This document shows, piece after piece, positions 14,855 to 23,593 of a stretch of 26,841 nt of DNA. Source of the DNA: a virus (lineage: Duplodnaviria; Heunggongvirae; Uroviricota; Caudoviricetes); IMG/VR virus record IMGVR_UViG_2802429248_000008, positions 1 through 26,841 of that record, one strand, 5' to 3'. The position numbers were made by a program, and so were the translations under genes. A model generated the notes under the pieces. It was given only the letters and a program-made list of their open reading frames with translations. It made no database searches and had not been told where the DNA came from. How positions within the stretch are numbered: the stretch's first letter is position 1; every line of letters starts with the position of its first letter.

Positions 14855-16605
14855 CAGAACTCCATAACCGTGAAACGCTCGTTTTCTCCTTCGCCGCCAA
14901 TCGGTTCGTTAATGACAGCAAGCATGGTCGCCCACGCAAGGTCGCCGTGGCTGATCCCCCTCGCGCGGTCCGTTTCGTAAGTGATAAAGCCGCCCGGTGT
15001 TTTCACCTTACGCACGGCGTTAAAGGCCGCGACCAGTTCGCGTTCGGCGCGATCGTATTCCCACCGCCCGGCACGCATTATTTGCAGCATTTTCAGTACC
15101 AGCGACCGTTTTGATGACAGCGTGAAGGTGTACGGAATAGCAGCAGGGAAAAACCGTTTCACTATCTGATAAACAGCCTCCCCGTTCCCGCCCGTCACAT
15201 CAATGCCGATGTGTTCCACGTTGTAGCGACACGTGAACTCTTCAATGACTCTGGCCTGTTCTTCAAACTCCAGCCCCTGAACGCGTCGCGTCTCCACCGT
15301 TCGAAAACGGCCACCAGGAACAGCCGGAGGAACCACCACGGACACAGCGCCGCTGTCGCCGTTGCCACTGCTGCCGTTTGCGTCATACCCAATCCATACC
15401 GGACGATTTCCCATCGGGCGGGGAGCAAAAGGTTTCCAGTCTTTCCAGTCGTCGTATCCGTCAACGCCGCAGCCAATCAGGATATTCAGGTTAAATGCCG
15501 ATTCCCCTTCGCGGACAAACTCACACATGTAGAGATTGAGGAACTCGTCTTCGGTGTTTTCATCGCGGATTTCGTCAATATCGGTGTGTTTCCAGCCGTG
15601 ATTAACCACATCTTCCAGCGTGACAATCTGCCGCCATGTCCGGTCAGGGCAGATAAGTCCGTTATGCAGCGTTTTCCAGTCCACAGAAAAACGCTGGCGT
15701 TTATGCGAGGCCTTTTTCTCGTTCCAGCGGTCGCCGTTCCAGTAGGCGTATGCCTCGTGCGTTTCGGTGGATGGCGTGGAGAAGTAGGTGCGCCGCAGTC
15801 CGCTGAGGGTTGCCATAGCGCCAGCCACCTTGCGCAGTTCAGCAAAGCGACTGACCCAGAAAAATTCATCAAAATAAAAATTGCCCGTATAGGACTGTGC
15901 CGACGCAGCAGAAGTGCCGAGAAAATGCAGCTCTGCGCCGTTGGAGAGGATGATTTTATCGCCCCCTTTCAGCTCCACATCAACTTCAGCCGCGGCCTTC
16001 TGAATAATGCTTTTAAACTGGAACGCCTGACGACGCGACGCAGACAAAAAAATCTGGTTACGCTGGTAAGGTTGCGCCACATCGTCACGCAGCGCCATCA
16101 GCAGTGCTTCCTGTGCAAAATACCAGGTCGCCCCAATCTGTCGGGATTTCAGGATCATCCTGTTACGTATCCCGGCTTCCCTGCAAAGGGTCAGGGAGTC
16201 AAACCAGCCCCGCTGATGCCACTCCAGCCTGCTGATGATTTTTTCCCGCAGTGCGGCAATCTGTTCCGGCGTGAAATGATTTTTGAGTTTTTTCGCCCGG
16301 CCTTTCTTTCCTGCGGCCATCACATCCGGCTGGCCATCATGCAGCTTTTTAAGCTGCCGGGTCAGCAGGTCTATTTCCTTAAAGTCACCGCCTGTTTTAT
16401 TCTGTTTTTCAGTAAGCTGGATGAGGCGCGCATCAATGGACTGCGTGACACGCTGCACGGGTGGCGTTTCATCCCACTGGTCGCGTTTTTTCCACGCATA
16501 AATCGTGTTCGGGTTTATTCCCATCAGACGTGATATTTCTGCGGGCGGATAACCCTGCCAGTAAAGTTGCCGCGCACGCTGGCGCACAAAAGCGTCCTGA
16601 ATCAT
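14854..16605 (-). CDS. P: Terminase large (ATPase) subunit (P2 gpP family)
   Basis: 583 aa. N-terminal HTH (AEISRLMGINPNTIYAWKKRD) and a Walker-A-like KSRQIGATWY. Divergent from O, as in P2. Confidence 0.9.
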   Translation of the reverse strand: MIQDAFVRQRARQLYWQGYPPAEISRLMGINPNTIYAWKKRDQWDETPPVQRVTQSIDARLIQLTEKQNKTGGDFKEIDLLTRQLKKLHDGQPDVMAAGKKGRAKKLKNHFTPEQIAALREKIISRLEWHQRGWFDSLTLCREAGIRNRMILKSRQIGATWYFAQEALLMALRDDVAQPYQRNQIFLSASRRQAFQFKSIIQKAAAEVDVELKGGDKIILSNGAELHFLGTSAASAQSYTGNFYFDEFFWVSRFAELRKVAGAMATLSGLRRTYFSTPSTETHEAYAYWNGDRWNEKKASHKRQRFSVDWKTLHNGLICPDRTWRQIVTLEDVVNHGWKHTDIDEIRDENTEDEFLNLYMCEFVREGESAFNLNILIGCGVDGYDDWKDWKPFAPRPMGNRPVWIGYDANGSSGNGDSGAVSVVVPPAVPGGRFRTVETRRVQGLEFEEQARVIEEFTCRYNVEHIGIDVTGGNGEAVYQIVKRFFPAAIPYTFTLSSKRSLVLKMLQIMRAGRWEYDRAERELVAAFNAVRKVKTPGGFITYETDRARGISHGDLAWATMLAVINEPIGGEGENERFTVMEF

Positions 16606-16759
16606 TGCTCCCCCTGAGTAATTACAGGAAGATTACCCGCGCGCGAAACCGTTCTCCTTAACCCCCTGTTCTGGCCGTTTTCTTACAACAAAAGCCCTTT
16701 GTATCAGCCTGTTACGCTTTGCCATCATGACTGAAGAACCAGTCAGAGGGGCAAAAACT
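16606..16759. promoter_or_regulatory. Divergent late promoter region (P_P / P_O equivalents)
   Basis: 154-bp spacer between the divergent P and O genes. Partial dyad cTGTTctggccgttttcttacAACAa at 16666-16691. Confidence 0.5.
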
Positions 16760-17596
16760 ATGGCTAATGAAAAAAAGACATCCCGCAAAAAGTTTCGCGT
16801 GGCTGTCTCCGGATCAACTGTTGATGGCCGCGAAATCAGTCCGGTACATCTGCGTGAAGCCGCCGAGAACTTCAACCCGGATGTTTACGCTGCCCGCGTG
16901 AACGTTGAGCACTATCTCTCGCCATGCCCGTCAAGCGAATTTTCCGCAATGGGCGATGTCACCGCGCTGAGTACGGAAGATATTACGGAAGGCCCGCTGG
17001 CCGGACGTACTGCGCTGTATGCAGAAATCGAACCGACCGAGCGCATGAAGCAGCTTGTCGCTGACGGCAAGAAAATCTATTCCAGTATCGAACTGCACCC
17101 GCAGTTCTCCGTTAACGGGCGCGCCTATCTGGTCGGGCTGGCGATGACCGACACCCCGGCAAGCCTGGGCACTGAGCGCCTGAAATTCACGGCACAGCAA
17201 CGTCAGGCGGTGATGACGTTCAACAGTGTCCAGGGTGAAGCACCGCTTATCTCCGAAGCCATCGAGTCTGAAATCATCGAAATGGCAGAACAACGCCAGG
17301 AAGAAGGCACACAGTGGTTTAACCGCGTAATGGGGATTATTGGCCGTGGCCGCAAAGCGGATGACGCCAGTTTCTCCCGCATTCAGGAAGCGGTGGAAGG
17401 CGTCGCAACGTCACAGGCCGACATTATCGACCGTTTTAATGCACTGGATACCCGCCATCAGCAGGACAGCCAGAAAATCACTTCACTGACCACAGAGCTG
17501 GCAGCACTGAAGGAAAAACTGCGCACGCAGGACGGCGATCCGCAGAACCGGTTCACCGCAACGGGCGCAGCCTCCGACCAGCTGGCTGACTTCTGA
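16760..17596 (+). CDS. O: Capsid scaffolding protein / protease (P2 gpO family)
   Basis: The start MANEKKTSRKKFRVAVSGSTVDGREI aligns with the P2 gpO N-terminus (MAKKVSKFFRIGVEGDTCDGRVI). A GAGGGG SD is present. The tracked ATG at 16727 lacks an SD. Confidence 0.88.
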   Translation: MANEKKTSRKKFRVAVSGSTVDGREISPVHLREAAENFNPDVYAARVNVEHYLSPCPSSEFSAMGDVTALSTEDITEGPLAGRTALYAEIEPTERMKQLVADGKKIYSSIELHPQFSVNGRAYLVGLAMTDTPASLGTERLKFTAQQRQAVMTFNSVQGEAPLISEAIESEIIEMAEQRQEEGTQWFNRVMGIIGRGRKADDASFSRIQEAVEGVATSQADIIDRFNALDTRHQQDSQKITSLTTELAALKEKLRTQDGDPQNRFTATGAASDQLADF

Positions 17597-17619
17597 TAAG
17601 ACAAAGGAGCAAATTTTTT

Positions 17620-18672
17620 ATGAATCTGGTGATGTCAGATATTACCCGCAACAAGCTGGGTTGCTATATGGCGCAGCAGGCGTCGCTTAACAATATCCCG
17701 GTTTCCGCACTGGTATCGCGATTTACCGTGGAACCCTCGGTACAGCAGCGTTTTGAAAACGCCTCAAAGGAAAGCACCGAATTTACAAAAAGAATTAACG
17801 TGATCGGCGTGACCGACCAGAAAGGCGAAAAAATCCTCCTGGATACCACCGGGCCGATTGCGCGCACGAATACCAGTTATGACGGCACAAAACGCCGTAA
17901 CCCGAATAACGTGGTTGATCTGAAAAAACGCAAATACCAGTGCGAACAGGTGAACTACGACACGTTTATTTCATATCCGCAGCTTGATGCCTGGGCGGCA
18001 CACCCTGATTTTCAGTCCCGCATCAGCGCACAGATTGCCCGACAGGTGGCACTTGACCGCATCATGATCGGTTTCAACGGCACGTCTCACGCGGATGAGT
18101 CTAACTTCAGCACCAACAAGTTGCTTCAGGACGTTAACGTGGGCTGGCTGGAGCACATCAGAACCGACGCCAGCGAACGCGTTATGAATGACGTGACGCT
18201 GACCTCCCGTAACATGGACAACACCGTGGCGCACGCGGGTAAGTATGCGAACGCTGATGCACTGGTACAGGACGCGCGCTCATCCCTGCTGGATGAATGG
18301 CACAAGGAAGCTGACGACCTCGTGGTGATTATGGGGCGCAACCTGTTTAACTCGCTGCGTCTGCCCGTGCTGAACAGCATCAGCGGCCAGAATCCCAATG
18401 CGGAATTACTCGCCGGGCAGCTCATTCTGTCATCGCGCACCATTGGCGGGCTGGGCGTGTTCCTTGCGCCGTTCTTCCCGGATTCAACGATGCTGATCAC
18501 CTCGTTCAACAACCTGTCGATTTACTGGCAGAAAGGTTCAATGCGTCGTCTGATGAAAGACGAACCGGAATACAACCGCATCGCCACCTACCAGTCCATC
18601 AATGACGCTTATGTCGTTGAAGACTATGGCAAGTGCGCGATGGTCACTGGCCTGAAGTTCGCCGACAGCTAA
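17620..18672 (+). CDS. N: Major capsid protein (P2 gpN family)
   Basis: 350 aa. Segments FTVEPSVQQ, MIGFNG, LQDVNVGWL, NLSIYW and YVVEDY parallel P2 gpN. An AAGGAG SD is present. Confidence 0.92.
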   Translation: MNLVMSDITRNKLGCYMAQQASLNNIPVSALVSRFTVEPSVQQRFENASKESTEFTKRINVIGVTDQKGEKILLDTTGPIARTNTSYDGTKRRNPNNVVDLKKRKYQCEQVNYDTFISYPQLDAWAAHPDFQSRISAQIARQVALDRIMIGFNGTSHADESNFSTNKLLQDVNVGWLEHIRTDASERVMNDVTLTSRNMDNTVAHAGKYANADALVQDARSSLLDEWHKEADDLVVIMGRNLFNSLRLPVLNSISGQNPNAELLAGQLILSSRTIGGLGVFLAPFFPDSTMLITSFNNLSIYWQKGSMRRLMKDEPEYNRIATYQSINDAYVVEDYGKCAMVTGLKFADS

Positions 18673-18681
18673 TCAACTCAC

Positions 18682-18700
18682 GGCGGGCATCATGCCCGCC
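18682..18700 (+). terminator. GC-rich stem-loop directly after the capsid gene (possible attenuator or mRNA stabiliser)
   Basis: GGCGGGCAT-C-ATGCCCGCC, a 9-bp perfect stem with no U tract. Confidence 0.35.
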
Positions 18701-18717
18701 TGTAACGGAGAGAAAAA

Positions 18718-19518
18718 ATGATTACTCCTGCACAGCAACACTGGCAGAACGTGATGGCACAGCGCGCAGGCCGGGCGAATGAAGGCGTGGACCACGCCGC
18801 GCGTACCGCGCATGAAGAGGTGCTGTATCGTCTGCGTCTGGCACAGGCCCGGCTTAAGGGCGTACAGGCAAGAAGCGCGAAAGCCGCCATCAAAAAAGAG
18901 TTGTTGCCGGATTTTTCCGGCTGGATTGAGGGAACGCTGGAGGCTGACGGCGGGCAGCAGGACGAAGTGATTGCCACGCTGATGGTGTGGGCGATTGACT
19001 GCGGCGATCTTCCGCTTGCGCTGCGTATTGGTGCGTATGTGGTCCGTCACAACCTCATCATGCCGGATAACTTTGGCCGTACTGCTGCCACGGTACTGAC
19101 CGAAGAAATCTGCAACCCGGTATTGACGCAGGCCGGGACGGATGCCGACGCGGATTTGTCCACCTTTATCGAACCACTGGACACACTTTGGGAAATTGTC
19201 GCCAACCAGGATATGCCGGACGAAGTGCGCGCCAAATTATGCAAGGCGTGCGCATTTGCCCGCCGTGGCCTGAGCGATGCGGACAGCATGGCCTCATCAC
19301 TGAAGCTGCTGCGCGAAGCGATGCACCTGAACCCGAACGCAGGTGTGAAACGCGAGATTGCAACCCTTTCCCGCGCCCTGAAGAAAGCTGATTCCGCAGC
19401 CGCACCAGAAGATGCCAGCACACCGCAGACGCAGGACGAAAGCAGCAAAAGTAAAAAGACAACGCGGAAGCCTGCAACACGAAAAAACACCGCGACGCAG
19501 AAGGCGAAGCGCGGTTAA
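18718..19518 (+). CDS. M: Terminase small / endonuclease subunit (P2 gpM family)
   Basis: 266 aa. Follows N as in P2. Basic, low-complexity C-terminal tail. Confidence 0.8.
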   Translation: MITPAQQHWQNVMAQRAGRANEGVDHAARTAHEEVLYRLRLAQARLKGVQARSAKAAIKKELLPDFSGWIEGTLEADGGQQDEVIATLMVWAIDCGDLPLALRIGAYVVRHNLIMPDNFGRTAATVLTEEICNPVLTQAGTDADADLSTFIEPLDTLWEIVANQDMPDEVRAKLCKACAFARRGLSDADSMASSLKLLREAMHLNPNAGVKREIATLSRALKKADSAAAPEDASTPQTQDESSKSKKTTRKPATRKNTATQKAKRG

Positions 19519-19533
19519 CGACTGACCCCGTCA

Positions 19534-19605
19534 GCGGGCGGCGTGCGCGGTGTTCCGGTTTGACTCCGTGACCGTTTACACCGCGCACCCACCGCCCGAT
19601 TTTTT
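19534..19605 (+). terminator. Long imperfect hairpin plus T6 between M and L
   Basis: GCGGGCGGCGTGCGCGGTGT (19534-19553) pairs with ACACCGCGCACCCACCGCCCG (19578-19598), followed by TTTTTT (19600-19605). Confidence 0.6.
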
Positions 19606-19619
19606 CAGGAGTGAACCCC

Positions 19620-20114
19620 ATGAGTATGGTTGCCAGAACCAACCCCGGACCCGCAGAGGACGACATCACCGATACCGATGATGGTGATACCCGTATTTCA
19701 GCGGGCGCATTCTGGCCGGATATTGTGCTGCGTGAGCTGCGTCTGGCGATACGACTGTCGGGCCGTGTGACCACCTCCCGCCTGCTGCATACCGCCACCG
19801 GGGCCGTGGCACACGTTACCCGCGAGCTGGAAGCGTGGCAGCAGGAACAACAGGCGGCTGGCCATCAGACGCTGGCCGATGTTCCGGCACCCGTAATTAA
19901 CGGAGAAAGCGTCAATCTCTGGCACTGGCGCAATGCCGTTTATACCGCCACACGCGCCCTGATTCTGGAGCGTTACCGCGATGCGGACACAACGGATAAG
20001 GGCGACCGCCGCGCGGACGCACTGGATATACAGACATCGGATTTGTGGCGCGATGTGAGCTGGGCCATCTCTGACATTCTGCGCCGCCCGCGAATCTTTG
20101 CGGAGCTGTGCTGA
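19620..20114 (+). CDS. L: Head completion / stabilisation protein (P2 gpL family)
   Basis: ATG 19620 has a GGAG 8 nt upstream. 164 aa, in the position of P2 L. Confidence 0.8.
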   Translation: MSMVARTNPGPAEDDITDTDDGDTRISAGAFWPDIVLRELRLAIRLSGRVTTSRLLHTATGAVAHVTRELEAWQQEQQAAGHQTLADVPAPVINGESVNLWHWRNAVYTATRALILERYRDADTTDKGDRRADALDIQTSDLWRDVSWAISDILRRPRIFAELC

Positions 20115-20314
20115 TGAAAGTGAAGGCACTGGAAGGCGACACCGTGGATTCGCTCTGTTTCCGGTACTACGGCACGACGCAGGGCGTCACCGAAAAGGTG
20201 CTGGATGCCAACCCCGGACTCTGTCAGCAGGTATTTCTGGACGCCGGGCAGGACGTGGAGATGCCGGAGCCGGAGAAGAAGAAACGAGAAATGATTCAGT
20301 TGTGGGGGGAGTAG
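20114..20314 (+). CDS. X: Tail protein X (LysM-like, P2 gpX family)
   Basis: MKVKALEGDTVDSLCFRYYGTTQGVTEKVLDANPGL aligns with P2 gpX (MKTFALQGDTLDAICVRYYGRTEGVVETVLAANPGL). TGATG overlap with L. Confidence 0.9.
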   Translation: MKVKALEGDTVDSLCFRYYGTTQGVTEKVLDANPGLCQQVFLDAGQDVEMPEPEKKKREMIQLWGE

Positions 20315-20316
20315 CA

Positions 20317-20640
20317 GTGAGCACCATTCAAACAGGGATCACAGAGCAGGTTATTGCGTGGCTCTTTGACCACCTGCCAACGGTGTATGCAGTAGGCGCG
20401 GCAGTCAGCATTTCCGCGCTGATGAGTCTTTATGACGGACGAACACTGGTTCAGACCGTAACGGGATCGCTGGCGTGCGGCGTTCTTGCTATGGCCGTGG
20501 CCGGGTCGTTGCGCTTCTTCGGGTTTCCTGAAGATGCCGTGACGTTTATCGGCGCATCAATCGGTTTTATGGGGGCAGAGAAAGCACGCGACAAGGTTAT
20601 TGCGGCCTTTAATCGCAGGGTGAAGGAGAAGGACGAATGA
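20317..20640 (+). CDS. Holin, lambda S-like class (not P2 Y-like)
   Basis: GTG 20317 follows a GGGGGGA SD. 107 aa with hydrophobic helices and a basic C-terminal tail. FIGASIGFMGAEKARDKVIAAF resembles lambda S [20 protein letters not shown]. Confidence 0.7.
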   Translation: MSTIQTGITEQVIAWLFDHLPTVYAVGAAVSISALMSLYDGRTLVQTVTGSLACGVLAMAVAGSLRFFGFPEDAVTFIGASIGFMGAEKARDKVIAAFNRRVKEKDE

Positions 20641-21029
20641 GCAACACATTTAAATTCAGCAGCCGGAGCGAAAAGAATTTGCAGGGCGTAAATCCTGATC
20701 TGGTGAAAGTGACCCGACGGGCACTGGAAATCTCGGAAGTGGATTTTGGTATCACCGAAGGGTTGCGCAGCCGTTACCGCCAGAAGCAACTGGTGGCCAC
20801 GGGTAAGAGCCAGACCATGAACAGCCGCCACCTTACGGGACATGCCGTGGATGTTGTGGCTTATATCGGCAGCCAGGTGTCATGGGAATGGCCGCTGTAC
20901 GAAAAAATCGCAGCAGCATTCAGACAGGCCAGCCGGGAACTGAATATTCCGGTGGAATGGGGCGGCGACTGGAAGACCCTGAAAGACGGACCGCATTTTC
21001 AGTTACCACACGGAGCCTATCCGGCATGA
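20637..21029 (+). CDS. Endolysin, zinc peptidase M15 family (L-alanyl-D-glutamate / VanY-type)
   Basis: 130 aa. Metal ligand pattern SRHLTGHAVD ... DGPHFQL. Follows the holin with an ATGA overlap. Confidence 0.8.
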   Translation: MSNTFKFSSRSEKNLQGVNPDLVKVTRRALEISEVDFGITEGLRSRYRQKQLVATGKSQTMNSRHLTGHAVDVVAYIGSQVSWEWPLYEKIAAAFRQASRELNIPVEWGGDWKTLKDGPHFQLPHGAYPA

Positions 21030-21433
21030 AGCTCTGGCCCACGCTTGGCGTCGCTTTCCTTCTGATTGCCGGATGGGGAACATCCATGCGTCTGTCGTGG
21101 TCGCTGGGCCGGGAGAACGCCAGAAATGAAGCGCAGGCCAGCACCCTGAAAAGTACCGCCGACACCCTGAATATCATCAGCGCCGGGGTACAGGATATGC
21201 AGCAGGTGCTGGCGCAACTCCGCGTGGAAAATCAGCAACGCAATCAGGACGGAGAGGCAAGACGTGAACAGCTACGCAACGATATTGCAAAAGATGAATG
21301 CGCCCACGCTTTGCCTGACGCTCGTTTTACTGACAGGCTGCGCAGGCACGCAGAACGCGCCACTGCCAGCGCCGTCAGTCCGGCTTATACCGCAGACGCT
21401 GACCATACCGGTAACGCCTCCCCCATTCCCTGA
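21026..21433 (+). CDS. i-spanin (Rz / LysB-like)
   Basis: ATG 21026 overlaps the endolysin stop. N-terminal TM segment (LWPTLGVAFLLIAGWG) followed by a charged coiled coil. Confidence 0.75.
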   Translation: MKLWPTLGVAFLLIAGWGTSMRLSWSLGRENARNEAQASTLKSTADTLNIISAGVQDMQQVLAQLRVENQQRNQDGEARREQLRNDIAKDECAHALPDARFTDRLRRHAERATASAVSPAYTADADHTGNASPIP

Positions 21434-21584
21434 CACTCCCACATGGGGAAATCTCGGTATATGGGGCGACCGCCTTCTGGATGCACTGGAAACCTGTAAC
21501 GCGGATAAACGGGCCATTGAATTACTGGAACAGCGCAGGCTGCAACGACTGAACAACGAGGATAACAACCATGCTGAAAACTGA
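21294..21584 (+). CDS. o-spanin lipoprotein (Rz1 / LysC-like), overlapping the i-spanin
   Basis: MNAPTLCLTLVLLTGC lipobox with a proline-rich mature part. It starts within the Rz frame and extends beyond it, as with P2 lysB/lysC. Confidence 0.7.
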   Translation: MNAPTLCLTLVLLTGCAGTQNAPLPAPSVRLIPQTLTIPVTPPPFPDTPTWGNLGIWGDRLLDALETCNADKRAIELLEQRRLQRLNNEDNNHAEN

Positions 21585-22038
21585 TTCCCTGCGTGAAGCC
21601 ATGACCCGTTCATGCCGATGGTGTCAGGCTAACCCGGAAAAATTCACCATTTTCGTGGAGAGCGGCAACATTGAAACGACCGGAGAAACTCCCTCGTTTG
21701 TTTACCGCTATCAGATAGTGATGTTTGTCATGGATTACGCCGGGGAGCTGGACGACCTCACGCTGCCGCTACTGGCGTGGTTATCCGAAAATCAGCCGCA
21801 GTTGTTGCTCAATCCGGAGCGTAATCAGGACATCAAATTTTCCGCCGTTATCAATGACGATGACAGCGCCGATCTCCTGTTTACGCTCCCTCTGCGGGAA
21901 CGCGTTCGCATCACGCGCAGCAGTCAGGGCACGCCGCAGGCAGAACACCTGCCGGAGCCAAAACCCCGCCTGCCATCTTCCGAAGGCGACTGGTCGCATG
22001 TATTCCAGGATGTGACGTGGGGTGAAAGCGATGGATAA
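21571..22038 (+). CDS. R: Tail completion protein (P2 gpR family)
   Basis: 155 aa. MLKTDSLREAMT...NPEKFTIFVESGNI aligns with P2 gpR (MLKPDSLRRALT...NPDMLRIFVDNGSI). Confidence 0.88.
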   Translation: MLKTDSLREAMTRSCRWCQANPEKFTIFVESGNIETTGETPSFVYRYQIVMFVMDYAGELDDLTLPLLAWLSENQPQLLLNPERNQDIKFSAVINDDDSADLLFTLPLRERVRITRSSQGTPQAEHLPEPKPRLPSSEGDWSHVFQDVTWGESDG

Positions 22039-22666
22039 GGCATTCATCCGCGTGGATGAAACCTTTGAGGCTATCCGCGACAGCCTGAATCAGCAGGCCA
22101 TCAATAACATCGCCAGAAAGCTGGCACAGGATTTACGTCGCGCCCAGCAGGCACGTATCCGGTCACAGAAAGCGCCGGACGGGACCGCATGGACACCACG
22201 CAGACGCCGCGTAACCCGGATACAGGAGCGTATTCGCTTTATCTGGAATAACGAAGCACGCACGCTGAAAAACTGGCATCACGACACGGGGAAATACGGG
22301 CGAACCATTACCGGGTGGGATGAGGATAAAAACAATATCCGCACGTTTTACCGGGATGACATCGACCGTTTTCTGGAAATACGCACCCGGCGCATCAACC
22401 AGGACAGCACAAAGCGCGTCCCCATGTTCGTAAAACTGCGCACCGCCCGCTACCTGAAAGCCCGTGCAGATGCTTCCGGTGTGACGGTGGGTTACAGCGG
22501 CGTGGCCGCACGTATTGCACGCGTTCATCAGTTCGGTGAGCGCGATCAGGTTGCGCCGGGCATTTTCACCGATTACCCGGTACGTGAGCTGCTGGGCATC
22601 AGTCAGGCAGATGAACGCCTGATTTATAACACGGTGCTGGGCCGGATTGCGGAGGCTGTACGGTGA
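22031..22666 (+). CDS. S: Tail completion / virion morphogenesis protein (P2 gpS family) with an internal insertion
   Basis: QKAPDGTAWTPR and RVHQFGE motifs as in P2 gpS. 211 aa, compared with about 150 aa recalled for P2. Confidence 0.8.
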   Translation: MDKAFIRVDETFEAIRDSLNQQAINNIARKLAQDLRRAQQARIRSQKAPDGTAWTPRRRRVTRIQERIRFIWNNEARTLKNWHHDTGKYGRTITGWDEDKNNIRTFYRDDIDRFLEIRTRRINQDSTKRVPMFVKLRTARYLKARADASGVTVGYSGVAARIARVHQFGERDQVAPGIFTDYPVRELLGISQADERLIYNTVLGRIAEAVR

Positions 22667-23244
22667 GCGCAGAACTCATGCGGCTGCTGAGCAACATCAT
22701 CCGCACCGGGATCATCTCTGAAGTTGATGAGGAATCCTGGCGCGTGCGCGTTCGCAGCGGCGAACTGGAAACAGGCTGGTTGCGCTGGAACACCACGCGC
22801 GCGGGGGCCTTCAATGTGTGGCTGCCGCCATCACCAGGCGAACAGGTGGTCATTGCCTGCATTGGCGGCAACCCGGAAACCGCCATGATAATCGGCAGCC
22901 TGTGGAGTGATGCCAATCCGGCACCCGGCAAAAGCCTGAAAGAAATCGTGATCAGCGCGCCGGACGGCGCGGTGTTCCGCTACGACGCGGACGCAGGCGC
23001 ACTGAGTGCCAGCGGCATGAAAACGGCCACTTTGCAGGCATCCGTCAGCGTGAAACTGGATACACCCGTCGTGGAATGCACAAACCTTCTGAAAACAGCC
23101 GAGATTGACGTCACAAAAGGGGGAAAGATGAGCGGCAATATCACGCACAGCGGCGGCGACTTCACCTCAAACGGCATCACAGTGCATACGCATAAACACG
23201 GTGGCGTTAAAGGTGGCAGCGATTCGACAGGAGGCCCGCAGTGA
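22663..23244 (+). CDS. V: Baseplate spike / assembly protein V
   Basis: IRTGIISEVD, GEQVVIACIGG and HTHKHGG segments parallel P2 gpV. GTGA overlap with S and a GGAGG SD. Confidence 0.88.
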   Translation: MSAELMRLLSNIIRTGIISEVDEESWRVRVRSGELETGWLRWNTTRAGAFNVWLPPSPGEQVVIACIGGNPETAMIIGSLWSDANPAPGKSLKEIVISAPDGAVFRYDADAGALSASGMKTATLQASVSVKLDTPVVECTNLLKTAEIDVTKGGKMSGNITHSGGDFTSNGITVHTHKHGGVKGGSDSTGGPQ

Positions 23245-23591
23245 CAACCCGCTACACAGGAATGAACCCGGACGGGACGGGAAACCTGAACGATATGGAG
23301 CACCTGAAACAGTCAGTCAGGGACATCCTGACCACCCCGCTGGCAAGCCGGGTTATGCGACGGGAATATGGCAGCCTTGTGCCTGATTTGATTGACGAAC
23401 CCATGAATAACACCACGCGTCTGCAATGCATGAGTGCCGCCGTGATTGCGCTGACACGATGGGAACCCCGCATTGCCCTGGATGCCATCGACGTTGTCTG
23501 GAAAGCGGGAGGCCGCGCCGGGGTGACGCTGTCGGGCACTGTCATGCAGACCATGCAGAATGTTGAATTAACCATCGCGCTGAGGGAGTAA
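23241..23591 (+). CDS. W: Baseplate wedge protein W (gp25-like)
   Basis: 116 aa with a GTG start after a GGAGG SD. Positioned between V and J. Confidence 0.85.
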   Translation: MTTRYTGMNPDGTGNLNDMEHLKQSVRDILTTPLASRVMRREYGSLVPDLIDEPMNNTTRLQCMSAAVIALTRWEPRIALDAIDVVWKAGGRAGVTLSGTVMQTMQNVELTIALRE

Positions 23592-23593
23592 TC

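Noticed and set aside
15211-16533. 440-aa plus-strand ORF
   Set aside because: It is antisense to the terminase large subunit gene, whose product has clear family motifs, so it is a shadow ORF.
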